Source of the DNA: Pseudovirgaria hyperparasitica
Lineage: Eukaryota
Length of the DNA stretch: 64,000 bases
NCBI GenBank assembly: GCA_010093815.1
Contig: ML996569.1
Strand: one strand, 5' to 3'
In this document: positions 11,665-24,921 of the stretch, in pieces
Numbering within the stretch: position 1 is the first letter of the stretch
Layout of the letters: each line of letters begins with the position of its first letter
Position numbers and translations under genes: made by a program
Notes under the pieces: model-generated
The model's input: the letters and a program-made list of their open reading frames with translations, nothing else
Databases searched by the model: none
What the model was told of the DNA's origin: nothing

Positions 11665-12236
11665 TTACGGGTACTTGGTAAGACCAATGCTGAATGAGGG
11701 CTGATTGCAGACTGCGTTATTGGGGCCTCCTGGTCCCTTGGTGCAGGTAGGGTCAAACTCGAAGACACCGTGCCTTCCAGAGCTATATATCGTGTCAGCA
11801 CCGCATACTTACACAGGACGATGGTATGGAACTTACGAAGCAGTCAAGCGGTGGAAGATTTCAATCTCGTAGGGCTTGCTCTCGCCCTTGAGGAGCCTGA
11901 ACTGCCACTCAGCAAGCGTGCCCTCGGGATGGGCGCAAGGGCTGAAGGCAGGGTTGGCGCTGAGGATGGGGTTCTGCTCGGTACATTGCAAGTTGTCGGC
12001 GTTGTTGCCACCGCTGATGGCGAAGTCGAGGACTTGAAGGGTTTCGCCATCGCGGCGGATGGTGAGCTTGTTGACCTGAATTGTCTCATCAACCGGAGGG
12101 GTGGCTTGTTTGAAGGCGGATGCTGCATTGGTGAGGCCGGCTGCAGTGTTGACTGCTCCGGAGGGGGTGCATTGTTGACTTGGGGGAGGGCGGATACTGC
12201 TCCGGTGAGGAGGGCCGCAGTGGTGAGGAAGTGCAT
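11665..12236 (-). pseudogene. Secreted Alt a 1-like (AA1-like) small Cys-containing protein with a 1-nt frameshift (pseudogene or assembly error)
   Basis: Signal peptide MHFLTTAALLTGAVSA. After a frame change near 12160-12167 it reads ...DETIQVNKLTIRRDGETLQVLDFAISGGNNADNLQC...SPC...WQFRLL..YEIEIFHRLTAS, then intron 11783-11836 (GTAAGT..GCTGAC..TAG), then SGRHGVFEFDPTCTKGPGGPNNAVCNQPSFSIGLTKYP*. Four Cys and the C-x2-G-x-GGP-x3-VC-x-Q pattern match Alt a 1. Confidence 0.75.
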
Positions 12237-13805
12237 GGTGAATTTATAAGGGAGGTTGTTTGTTGTTAGGTGATTGATGTTTACTGTAGTAGGTTGTAGC
12301 TTGTGGATATGGAACAGATATTTGGGCGATGAGAAGCGTGGTACTTATAGAAGAAGCATCTGAGGTTGAGCACCTCTACCGGCATTTATTTCCGACGTCA
12401 TATTGGCATGAGTACCGTGTTGCCACGTGCAATGAGGCTATGCTACCGTTAATCTGGATGCGACACGGAAGCATCGCATCTCCTGTAGAATAGTAATTAA
12501 TTAGACTACAGGGGGTGAGACATAGTCACGTGTATGGCGCAGTGACTTCGCTACAAGATACAAGCGCTGTGATTGGTCAAGCCACACCAAGAGTTGGATC
12601 ATAAATCGCGCCGCACTGCTAATATCTATTCTGAGCTCAGGGTGAGGAATAATAGGAAAAGTAGGAAACACCCAATAGAGACCGAGCGACATCATCGACA
12701 AAGTCGCAATGTCGGTAGCGTTGTCTATGCACACCATCTTCGTTTCAGAACTGATCGTATAAACGTCCGAGCATCTCCGCACGAAACGTCCGGGCGGCGT
12801 GACCTGTGTGTTGCCAAGGTAGATACTAGAGATTAGAGTGAAGAAATGAGGACGAGGCTAAGAAACCAGCATAATGCCATTGTCTTGGGATCGACGACGG
12901 AGATGGCCTCGCCTCGCTCAGTGTAGACCGGATCATCGGCAATTCGATCTATTGACCCAGCGAATCAACAGCCCCACCACTTGTACGGTGTACCCATTGC
13001 CATCTATGGCAGTTTGAAGCTGGGGGGCTACAGCTACGGAGGCAGCCTCACCTTGGAAACTTCAACGACAACCACGGTCAGCGTGGCACTCAGATCCGGA
13101 GATATGAATGTTTATTGTTCTGCCGCAACCGTCGGTCACTTCAATGCTTGAAAATTGCAAGTGAGCGAGCGACACTCGTCTGCCGAGAATATCTCCAAGA
13201 TTGCTGAACTATACATTCATGCTGCTGGATATGAGCGGTAGCATCACGGCGACTGCGAAAAGTCGATATACTCCTCATCTGCAATATCGCCATTGCCCTC
13301 ACCATCATAGAACCACGAATCGTACACTTATGATCGGACATGGCCGCATTAGACAAGAAGACTGCTTTTTCGCGCCCACTACGAGCGGCCATTGTCGGAT
13401 CAAACAGCAATGTAACTGTTGCATTAGGGTATAGGTATCGCATATGCCATCATATTGAATTTCTGATGGAGGTGTGGATAGGAGACGGCCATGCAGCCCA
13501 ATTTGACGTACTTGGTGACGTGAGTGGCGTTGTTGAACCGTTGGAGATGCTTCCGAGAGGCCCCTTGTTGCGGGCCGCCGGGGCAAAGTCGCCAGCCGGG
13601 CGGCGGTAGCGGTGAGTTAAACGGAGCCCCCGAGGGATAACAGGACACTAGAACGGTAATATGATACTTCCTATTTCGTCGATACGCAGTGCATACCTTG
13701 GTGGTATCCTCTGGTTTAGGAAGTCGAAGTATTGGTGATCTGAGATCCAACGCCCTTGACCCTTGACATGTGACGTCCTGACTGTGCTAACATCTAACAT
13801 CTCTC

Positions 13806-15401
13806 TTACAATGCATACCGAAACCTTGGCCCGTAGTTTTCCTCTCCAGGAGACAGACCAGGACTTTGTCCGCTGGCGCTCTCTTGCTCCTCTAGCTCCT
13901 CCACAGTCCCAAATTTCCGGTCTAGGTTTCTGTTCTCCCACCAAAGTAAGGTCCTCAAACCGAACGCAAGAAGCGTAGTAAAGAACATGAACGCAGCGCA
14001 CACAAACATACCTTTCACGTAATACGGTTTCTCTGTTGAAGGATACAGTCGGGTTCCCAACAATGGACCACATTGTCCAATCCAGTTCAACAGAATGATT
14101 CCAGCACCACGTCTAGTATCAGTTCCTTGATTGTTAAGCACCCATGGTAGGATGTTTGCAATGCAAGGAAAGATACCTGCCGCAGCTAGGAACGACCCAA
14201 AATATCGTACCCCAGTTGCCTGCGTCGTGGCGAGGATTACATAGCCAACACCGCCAACGATAGACATGACCATGATGGTGAGACCACGCTGCTTTGTGCG
14301 GTCGGCTATAAAGGCAGAAGTGATAGTGACGATCCAGGAGATGAAGAATGGCGGTGCAGTAAGACCTTGTGCCTTGGCCCGAGCGAAGCCCATCTCGTTG
14401 ATGATAGTCGGAAGGAACACAGGCAGAGAAGAAAAAGAGACGTTGCAGGAGAAGTACATGAGCTAGAGCACGTTAGATGGTCGTCTTCTGCAATGCAAAG
14501 TTGCACACACCGCGGTGAACCAGGCTTTGATGTCGAGGAGACCCGCTCCAAGCTCTTTCCAGTTGATTCCGCCCGTTCGCTCCTCACTGCTACTGCCGAC
14601 CTGCTTCTGTGCACGTAATCTTGCGACCTCTTTCTCCTCGGCATTTAGGAACCGGGCACTGGCTGGGCTGTCCGGTAGAAAGAAAAATGCCACGGCTGCC
14701 ATCAAAATAGTGGGTAAACCTTCGACTAGGAATAATAGTCTCCATTGTGCAAGACCAGTATCACCAGACGTTATGCCATATGCAAGTGCACCTGCAAACG
14801 TGCTTGCAAGGGGCGCAGCGCCCAGAAAAATGGCACACCTGATGCCGATCTCATCTCTCAGGTAGAAGAAGGAGAGCAGGTAAGGTATGCCGGGACCAAA
14901 GCCTGCCTCGGCCCATCCAAGGAGAAACCTGAGCGCCATCATACCGCTCCAATTCGTTGTTGCAGATTGTACTGCCGAGAATAGTCCCCAACTGAACACC
15001 ACAAGGGCCGCCCAGTAGTGCGGTGGAATAACCTTCCACATAATGGCTTGGAATTCGAAGACGATGTACGAAATGTAGAAGATTGTAAGTAACCAATCGT
15101 ATCTGTCCGAATTGCCAGTGATTCTCAGATCCTCTGTCATACCTGCTATGCGCGCATTGCCAATGTTCGATCGATCAAGGAAGGCGAGGAGGTATAAAGC
15201 AGTGACAAGAGGAACGAGGTTGCGGTCCAGCTTGCGCACAACTCTCTTTTGTATAGCAGGGTCGATTATGCTGGCGGGAACACCAACTTGCTGCTCACAC
15301 TTTTCAGGCTGGTAAGCCTCTCCGTGCTCTTGACCATGGTCATGGTGTTCCTCAGGTTCCCGTTGCGAACCAGACGAGTCAGGTTTCTTAGGCGACGCCA
15401 T
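13806..15401 (-). CDS. MFS transporter, anion:cation symporter (Dal5/Tna1-like) family
   Basis: RKLDRNLVP, YLLAFLDRSNIGNA, RFLLGWAEAG, SFFYLRDEIGIR, WRLLFLVEG, FFFLPDSP..ARFL, WENRNLD and PRFRYAL; one intron at 14463-14510. Confidence 0.93.
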
Positions 15402-16754
15402 ATTCTACAACACTGATATCTCCCACTCGACAACCGAGAAAGAAGGAAGACAAGCGGAGTGACTCGGAAGCACACGGCAGCTCGTACTAATAAAGTCGGC
15501 TTAATTATAGCTTGTGCAAGCATCTGCATTAACGGTGCAGATCACGCCATGTGAATTCCCCAGTGCGGACGACGTTATCAGCTCGTATGCCCGTGGCTAC
15601 CGCCACCGTTGTACCAGATTAAATATCAGCTGTCAATCTATCGTCGCATTTGTAAGACGTTGAGGACGAAAATGTGCAGTGTGCAACTTCATGGCGTCAT
15701 CCCGAGCTACTCTTCCTTTAGCTTGGGCTTCCGAAAAATGCCTGAGGCAGAAACATCAATATACCTACACACGCGCACCTGTACAACCTTAACGAAGTAA
15801 ACAATAATAGAAACATCGTGACTTATTTGTAAGTCTATCATCCGACAGTCATAGACGATCGGGCAGGATCCCTCGCAAATTCAATATCACTCTCAGTTCT
15901 AACTCAACCATTACAATTTATCCTGGTCGCTACTCTTTTAAACCAGGATCTGGAATCACAGTGAGGTTACTAGTGCCTGAGAGGTATGTCGTCGACTCGA
16001 AAATATATTATCGATTTTCGGAAGCCGTCACTTGTCACAGAGATTGCTGATGAGGTTCTGGTTCCTATTGCAAGGTTACTGCCTAAGCACCGATTTTCTT
16101 CTTGTGTCCGGACTTTGCAATCACTTCGATCAACACTTTGAGACAGTTCAATACTACCGGTTTACTACTGAGATCAGCCATACTTTCCAGTTGTAATATT
16201 TCAGGTAAGGTACCATATGACTGGAAGCTATAGTAGTACGAAGAACAAGCAATGTTGAAAACTTGAAAAACATATCCTGGCCGTGGTGGAAGGATTATTG
16301 GCTGGTATAAAGGTCTATGGAGGAGAGACGGCATGTATGGCGAAGTCATGGAAGGTTGTGGTTGTATTTTGTCCAATCATTAGTCTGGCCGTAAAAGAAA
16401 AGGGTAAGAAGAAATGCTGCCTGGCGTTGATTGCCTTCTCGTTCTACACGGTCTCGTTACAGTTGTAGTATAGTATCAGGACTTCACTACGGTTCCCTTG
16501 CTGTATAGATACGGTATTGACTAGGTTAACATCACGGTGTGAAGATCTCAGCAACAACATAACCCTACTTTCATACCCGACACGAAGAAGCACGTCTATA
16601 CCTGCTAAGCAGTGTTGTACTTTTCCACCTGCCGTGATCCTAGAACGCCCACAAATGCACTACCGGACACATATAACTATGGCCAATGGCGAAACTCACA
16701 CAGATACACCCGCTCGTACTAGAAAAGTCTTCTGTAACAGGTCCACAGATCCTC

Positions 16755-19700
16755 CTACTCCCGCCCATTCCTCTTCCTCCGAAACTGCCCCTTCTCCCTC
16801 TTCACAACTTTCTGTTTTTCCCGTTTCTTCCTCTTTCTCGCTTCCTCAACCTCCGGCTCCCTTACTCTGTCTAAGCGCCTCTTCACACCTCTCTTCTCTC
16901 GCTCGTCCCTAATATCCTTCTCCACACGCCTCATTAGAGTCGCATAATTTATATCGCCCACCTTCTCACGCAGGATCACGAGTAGTTCGCCTGCGCCCTC
17001 AAGGAGTTTTTTGTAGCTAGTCGTCCATGCGTCTTGGTGTGGATAGCTCGGATGTGTTGTTGAGGGTGATGTGAGGACGAGAAGAGGGCGTAGAAGGGAT
17101 GGGAGGCTCGGGGCGAGGGTGTCAAGGGGCAGATGGGTCGCGAGAGAGGCGGTGAGCGTGAGGGCGTGGGTCTTTGCAATCAAGGATGGTGGGCGCGCAG
17201 GTGTGCCGGCAGGCAGAGGGCGACGCAGGATTATTGATAGGGAGTTCATGAGGTGGATGATAGCGGTGGGCTGTTCTGTCTCTTTTTCGCTCTCGCTTGC
17301 GTCTTGTTCGTTATCTTCGCCAACTGCGTCGCTAAGTGACGCCGGCCACCGCAGCTCGTTCGCAGCGAATGCTTTGCCTAGGAACAAAAGGTTGCGAATG
17401 GATGATAGAGCGAGCTCATCACGGGGCTCTTGAGTACGTAGTACCTTTAGACTGCCCTTGGCGATTCGAACCATCGAGTCTCCATCGAGAACCAGGCCGT
17501 TGCTGCCGTGTAATGGGACGGGTGCAAGGCTCGATTCCTTGTTTGCACGCGCGAAGTCTGAGAGAAGATGTTGCAGGGCTTGTGCAGAAGATTCTTTCAC
17601 CCAGGTATGAGGGTATGTTAGGGACGAAATCACAGTAGACCAAAGGCTGGAGTTCTTGGACGAGAACACGCGGACCGGAACGGCTTGCGAAATTTGGCTG
17701 AGGGCGCGCAGGGAGCGGAAGACCATTTCCCAGTTGCCATCCTGGGGATCTTCAAGACCAAGTGTGACATTTTTCTCGAGGCGGTCCAAGAAGTATGCTA
17801 CTTCGTCGTTGTTATTCTCATTTGTCTCGATGAAGAGGCTATACAGTTGCACACCGAGGCTACGAACAGGAGGCTTCTCACTGTCGATGTAGAGCTTCAA
17901 TTGCGAGACGATGTCTTTGCTTGTACTCTCATCGGCTTTCTCAAAGACGCGTTTGATCAGTACCTTGGCCATCTCTTTGCAGTCCCCTGATGTATCGTTG
18001 GCGATTGTCATTGTCAAACCGAGGAAGCAAGACATGAGAACCTCGCTCAGCAGCTCGCTGTTGATGTTCTTGTTCGTCAGAATATCATTCAGCACTTCCA
18101 TTACTGAGCGTCGACCCTCTGGATGTTCGTAGCTCAAGTTTTTGATCAGTCTGCCTATCTGTTTCTTGAATCGATCTTTCGACTGCGGGTAGTTTGTAAA
18201 AAATTGTACGAAGACTCCACGAGCATGATCTCGAATGGCTCCAGTCTGGTTCGTAATCATTATATTCGACACCTCGGTATCCATGATATCGTAGATTTCG
18301 GTAATGACAATCTTACGTCCGAGAATAGCTCTGATAAAGTTGAACGCTACACCTTGTCGATCTGGTTGTCGTAAATCAGGCTTCAGACGGTTGAGAAGAT
18401 AGGCTAGCTGAGTTTCTTTGACCTGCTTCACAGCAAGGGCTTCACGATCGCGAATTATTGCGGATATAAGTTTCATTGCAGCTTGAGCTAGCTCAGTACT
18501 CATGTTGGGTGCCGACCTGACGATACTGTAGGCAGTAGAAACATAGACCGGTCCGTTCTCGTCGATTTGATTTAGAGGAACTCGTATAATCCTGGTAAGC
18601 AGCTTTATTGCGGCAAGCTGAACCTCCTCGTGTCCAGAGAGAAGTGAGTCTCCGATGATGGGAAGAAAGCCGGCCAAATTAGCTGGTGTATGCAGATGAT
18701 CGTATCGTTTCATGATTAGACGCAGGAGTTCTAGACTGAACCGCGCGAGTTTGTGCATCTGCGATGTAATGGCGCCTTTGTTGTGGTTGTGCCGGGCGCC
18801 TTTCATGCTAATCAGATACCTCTTCGTTTTATGATCTTTCTCCTTGATGCCCTTGCCTTGCTTATCCTCCGAGCTTGCAGCTTCTTGGATGACATCGTAG
18901 CAAAACTGAAGGATACCTTGCTGCTTGGAGACTTCATTTTGCGCGAGGCCCGTTTCGACCCGGCGTAGAAGATCATCGATCTTTCGGGACATCTGAAAAT
19001 CTAGTTTCTCGAGTAAGAGGCTCTGTATAGGTCGGATCAGATCGATCAAATGAGCCAAGCTTGTCGTTTTGGCTAGAAGCTCCATCGAGTCGAAATTCTT
19101 TTGGCTTTTGACTTCTTTCATCTTGCTAATGTAGTCCTCAGCGTCCTTTTCTTGTCCAGTCACACCAAATATGCCATCCATGATGACATCAACGATTTGT
19201 GGTAGGCAGTAATCGAGATCGCCAGGGATCAGCTTGTCGGTCATGGCCACAAGGATCGAGTGCATGGTAAATGACAATACGTGGAGCTGATAGCCTCGCG
19301 GGAGTGCGGTACGCATCTCTTTCAACAAGAAGCTAAAGCAATGAGGGCCGATCAGGGAAGCGATCTCGGCTAATGTTTTTCGTGTCATGTCTCTTGCATC
19401 TTGCGATTTACTTCGCAAGATTTGACATATGTCTAACAAGACTGCAGGTAGTCGTCCATAGAATTCTTCTGTCGGAAGTACCTTCAGGAGTTTGACCACG
19501 GCGACAGCGACAGGGATTCGTAGGTTGATATCTGTCTCGTCTTTGTTGTGTATATACTGAGTAAGCTTTGAGATAGGTCCGCTGGTGAGATCTCGAGATA
19601 CAACCTCGCGTTTCGGCAACGTCTCTGCTAACTTTGCTGGAACTGAGTCCACTTCCATAGGCTGCGGCTGTTGAGGATCGTCTGCCCTGGGTTGGGCGGC

Positions 19701-22700
19701 CTCACCATCCGTAGATCGTTTCGCCGACACAAATGCTTGAGTAAGGCCATCTGTGACGGCCCCAATGAGCTTAATGATCGGTTTCTCGAGTCCGGGCTTG
19801 CTCACTAGGCTATCGACGTAGCGGGTAAAGACAGCGCGATACTGAGGCCATTCGAGACCTTGAACCAGCGCTGTCATTGTGTTTGTCGCTTCCAGTGCTA
19901 AATTATGGGCTGTTTCATCCTCTACGGGATCAAACACAAAGTGGTCTAGTAAGGGTAAGAAAATCTTGCTGATACTTGCGCTCGAAAGCTTGTTTGCTTC
20001 ACATGACAACCGTCGCAAAGCTCGCAGGCGACGATGCTGCTGGATGTGCAACACATTGTTGAAGAAGGACGCCTCGCTATCATTCCCGGCAAGGAGACCA
20101 TACATATCGTTTGTGAGGGACCATTCAGGAAAATTAGAGACTACGTGCGCTAACACTGACAAATGCTCACACCTGACGAGCTCGGGGGCTTGTTTGATGC
20201 CCTTTTGAAGGCTGGGTAAAACAGCTTGGTGGATGAAATTTTGAAATTGAATCTCCTCTGGTCCAGATTTGTTGCTCTTAGCCTCAACAAAGCGTCGTAG
20301 CGTAGATGAAGCATCGAGGCGTACGGAAAGATTTTCAACGTCATTAATATGGAACAGGGCATTGTAAACGACCGGTTGCCACTGCCGCAAGCTAGAAGAC
20401 GAAACAAAGCTTGGTTCACTAATGCTGCGAAAGGCCGCAGAGCGTCTTTCGAAGTCAGGCTCGTCCAATCTGTTTGGATCGAAAGAGTTGAGATCCTGGC
20501 AAAGCAAAGCAACACCATGAATATCTGTACCGACAGTGATTTGCTCCAAGACTGTCGATAGAAGAATTCTATTGTCTCGATCCCGGAAGTATTCGAACAA
20601 TGAGCAAATAACGTCATACAATCCGTCCTCGGCATACTGAGACTGGGAGTCGCACAAAGGTACGAGACTGTGAAGTGTGAGGAGCAAATTATGCTTCGTC
20701 TTAGGACTGACTTTTCTTGCCGGTTCTTTAAGCAGAGCAGCTGAGATCCTGATCATTTTGACTGCATCATCACTACTGCTAACAAATGGTGCCAACTCGG
20801 CAACGCATAATATTGTAGCATCAAGCATGTCCTTCTTGGGGCTACAACGGATGACCTCAGCCAGACAGAGCAGAAGGGTGCTGATCTGGGGACCAAGAAC
20901 ACGAACTCTGACGTCTTTCCGAACCTTTTGATTCTCAGTGCTGTGCTCGTCCTTGATGGTAGCGGTCGCCAACAGTGGTCTAATAATCTCGTTGACAATG
21001 AACAGCTTCACTTCTGTCTGGGCTGATGGCTCAATCAAACACCCGCCGACCTGTCCAAGTATCGTCACACCGGTTGGAGGATAAGCTAAGAAGGTTGCGA
21101 GAGACGGCGACGACGACCAGGTCGAAAACAATCTGAGCATACCAGATATTGAGTGTGCGTTCTCGACTGGCAGCCTATCCAATCTGGGAAGCACTATTTC
21201 CTCATTAATGACTGTAGCATAAGGTGCCCAAGCAAACTCTTCGCCATTTGAGAACATAAGATTGAGGCAGCGTTGGGCAGCCTGTCTCATGGATCTCAAA
21301 AGTCCCTCATTCGAATTTGACACTTCGGATGTGTCTGTCTGATCTGGTCGTCCAGGACTTGTAGCCTCAGGTATGCTCTGAGAGGCAAGGAGAAAGCAAA
21401 ATAACAAGGGGTCGGCGATGCGTGATAGAAATGGATTGATCTTAGTTCGCAGGGTATCAAGCATATCTTCAAACATGTTGAGAAGACCGTACAACTTTCT
21501 AGGCTCCGCGATTTGTCTTAGCTTGTCATAATTGCCCCTCTTCAGTCCATCGCCATCGATGATGCAGATCCCATCGAGTTTGCCCAATGCGAGAGTAAGG
21601 AATTCCGAGAAATCGTTACGGCCAGACGAAACATCGATAGTACGAGACAGTAAGGTAAACACTGCTTTACGTCGCGCCTTTTGCCCTTGTTTTCCACTAG
21701 CGGAGCCTTCGCGGAGAACAAGTTTGCCATAAAGTATGCGTAGGATAATAGGCATAACACGATCGTGGTCGTCTGTTCGGATGGCTTTATCACCTTCCTC
21801 CACACCCAAAAAAATGGACAGTTGGTCCCGAAAGGTCATGTCGTCCAGTAGTTTGAACAGGTCTTCCTCATATCGTAGGATTTGAGGCTCTTTCCATGCC
21901 AGTAATGCCCTCAAAGCAGGTTTTTGAATCTCAACATCGGCATTGGTCAATAAGGACAATAAGGCTACACGTACTTTATCGGACTCGTATAGGACCCTTG
22001 GATTGTTGAATTGAGCAAACAGCGACAACAGTGATTTCTGGTCCCTCCGATCCCACTTCAGTGTAACAACGTCATTGCTACACTTGGACTGTGTCACACT
22101 ATCATTATTGTCGGAACGGCCTGCCCAGTCTAATAGGACTGGGACTAACGACCTATTGCGTTTCTCCGCAAACTCGGGTATGCCATTCAAGACTTTGAGT
22201 GCTTGGGTCCTGCAGAACTGGTTTTGAAGATCTGAAACGACGTTGGATGTTTCGAACAGGAGAGAGAGTTCTCGGTCAGGATTTGCAGTAGTATAGTGAT
22301 AATTTTGTATCCTTTGTTGAAGCTGTAAGTGATTGAAACATTCAAAGAGATTAGTTGCTTTTGTGCTTGTCACGTCTTCATCCAGATATGAAATCTCGGG
22401 ACTCGTAGTGATTTTAGGAACTGGAGGATTCAGCCATTCGAAGGCCAATATGGATATGGCATCTTCGCCATCCTTTGTAGTACTGATCTCTTTGATGGCG
22501 TTGACGGAATCATCCCAAGCTTGAGACAGTCGGAAATGGAGAATACCAAATAAGTACGAAGGGATTGATTTTGAGGTCCATGCATCGGTAGTGGGTTTTC
22601 GGTACGCTGTTGCCAAATTCCTAATTCGTAATGCGATATTTCGCGCATTCTCAAGATCCAAGGGGCAAGTTTCTATAGCAATAGCATGATCCATACATTC

Positions 22701-24695
22701 AGATTTGCCATCAACAACAGTTTTAAGTATCTCGAGCGCAGTCAGCCGAAGCTTATGCGATGGACTTGAAAGACACTTGCGTAGATTGCTCAGCAGAGTC
22801 GAGTGGAATTGAACTTCACCGAAAGATATATGATGCTGTTGTATGTGAGCCCGAACCGCAGTCCAGAAAGTAGTGAGTCCGGTAAGCTGAGAGGAGGCTT
22901 GCTCGATTTGATTCCAATGCAAACCATCAGATGCACCAGGACTTTGCGTAGTCGCGAATTCGAAAGCCTTTCCAAGGTAGAATCGCTGACTTATACCGTC
23001 ACTGATGGAAATATCGTTGAAGGTGGAAGCCACGCAATCCATCAATCTCTGTGCTAAAACTTGTTTCTGTTCAGCTTGGAACGGCAGCTGTTCGGCCAGG
23101 ATCAAACGACTATTCAACTTCCATATACTGTCCTTCGGTATCGCTTTTTTCGTGCCAATCGTATTAGATAAGTCGCATATGGCAGATTGCCACTCGGATG
23201 GGCATTGGAGAGATTTCGAGAGTACCTCGCTGTTGGCTAATCGCGGGACCACCAAGCAGATTTGGTCACCCTGCTCTTTCCAATTGTGTACAATGAATCT
23301 GAGATGATTAGCTAACGGTCAGAACGGTTGTAATGTTTGTGCATACTTTTGAAGATGGGGAAGTGCCAGGAAAGTGAAACGCTCGTGGTTCAAGTTCGAC
23401 AACAAGATGCAGAATGGAAGAAAGTGGTTCAACCATTGTCCCGACGTCAAGAAACCGAGGCGGTGGACATAAGGCAGAGCGATATCCAATGAACACCCAT
23501 GTAGCACCACAGCTAGGCACGATAGGATATCATAGAGGATTTTCGGTGAAAAGGATTGACTTTTGCAGGCTTGCTCAACATGCTCACGTAAAGCATCCAC
23601 GCGGTTTGCCAAAGCAGCCCAATCAGAAACCCTCGACCCTTTTCGCACGCCACAAACAACAAGGATGAGTTGTGTACATAAATTCAAAACTTTCTCCGAT
23701 GCCTGAGGCCCAGGTTCTAATGAGCCTACGATGACTTTTAGGAGTGGCGCAAAAGTATCTACTGTCGTTGCGTGAATGACGTTGACAATGGTCCCGCATA
23801 GTACCGTCTGTGCAGGTGAGGTATCTTCGAGTAAATCTGACTGAGTGACTTGTAAGGTTTCTTGGATGAGCTCCTGAAGTATGTTTTCTGCGCCAGAATG
23901 AATCCCATACTGAACACCCTTTATGGATTCGGCGAACAGGGTCATGACACCATGCTGGTAACGTGTAGCAGAGAGCGATCCCCTCTGGTATGTGTTCACG
24001 TCTGTCAATATGTGGCGAATGATGTTGTGGAGCGACTCCTTGTTCGACCGTTGACTAGCTTTGCGTAGCAAGAAACTCAGCGCTTCAGCGGCAAATGTAG
24101 GCACGTAGTGTTTTTGATGTTGCTTTCCGAGCAATGGTGCCAACCAATCGTATAGGGGTGTGAGATTTGGGACTAACAACTTGGAGAGGTATTTGAACAG
24201 CCAAGCAAGGCAGTTAAAACTCCACTCAATGGCTTCCACGTCTTCGTGACGGGCGGCGACCGAGGTAACGGCGATCAAGAGCTTTTCAAAATGGTCTTCG
24301 AACCTAGCACCCAGATCATGCGCCAATTGTGCGACCAGATCGAGTAAAGGCTGCAGGGAGAGCACATCCAATTTTCCAATATATTCTACAAGCAATTCTA
24401 CAATTTGGCTTTGATTGTGGAGAATTTGGGGGAGGGTTTCGCAGTAGGGGTCGATTTGAGCCGCGAATGCGACATAGTTGCTGGATAAATTACTATCTCT
24501 CCATTTTGCGAGGGCTGTCTGGAAGTGAGAGGCGCCTGTGTCGTCGAAGTCGTGGCGGCGATCGCGGCGAATGGGCTCGATCTTGAGATTTTGTATCCGG
24601 TACGAAAAGCCCTTGAATCTGTGTTTACGCGTGGTCTCGGTACCACCTTTGCTTCTTCGTTGTAGCAGGGGCTTGGACATGTGTCCTACAGCCAT
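16755..24695 (-). CDS. UTP20: U3 snoRNP / SSU processome HEAT-repeat protein Utp20
   Basis: About 2630 aa in two exons (intron 23299-23346). N-terminal RKHRFKGFSYRIQNLKIEP, ETLPQILHNQ and EAIEWSFNCLAWLFKYL; FFNNVLHIQQHRRLRALRRL; RGYQLHVLSFTMHSIL; NLSYEHPEGRRSVME; basic C-terminus. Confidence 0.95.
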
Positions 24696-24921
24696 GGCTG
24701 CGAGCGTGAGAGGGAAGTCTTGTCGTATAGAACAATCTATTCGTAAAGCTTCAAAAGGAAAGTTTAGAATTTTGCCAAAGCGGTGAGGATAAGCCACCGA
24801 AATCTTGGCGGGTGCGCCACAATTGACCCACTTTTGTGCATGGATTGGGCGTTTGCGCGAGACGACGCGCTTTTCTTCAAGGGCTTCAACAGCTTCAACT
24901 AGTCCTTAAAATATCCCAACA

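Noticed and set aside
11770..12249. 159-aa plus-strand ORF, and the C-terminal 100 aa of the 130-aa minus ORF
   Set aside because: These are the antisense shadow and the out-of-frame reading of the Alt a 1-like gene.
12900..13760. Cluster of 77-108 aa ORFs and an intron-like GTATGC...CTAG on the minus strand
   Set aside because: No recognisable motif, and I could not build a coherent spliced model.
15800..16520. Short ORFs between the MFS gene and UTP20
   Set aside because: All frames are interrupted and there is no family signal; treated as intergenic or possibly decayed DNA.
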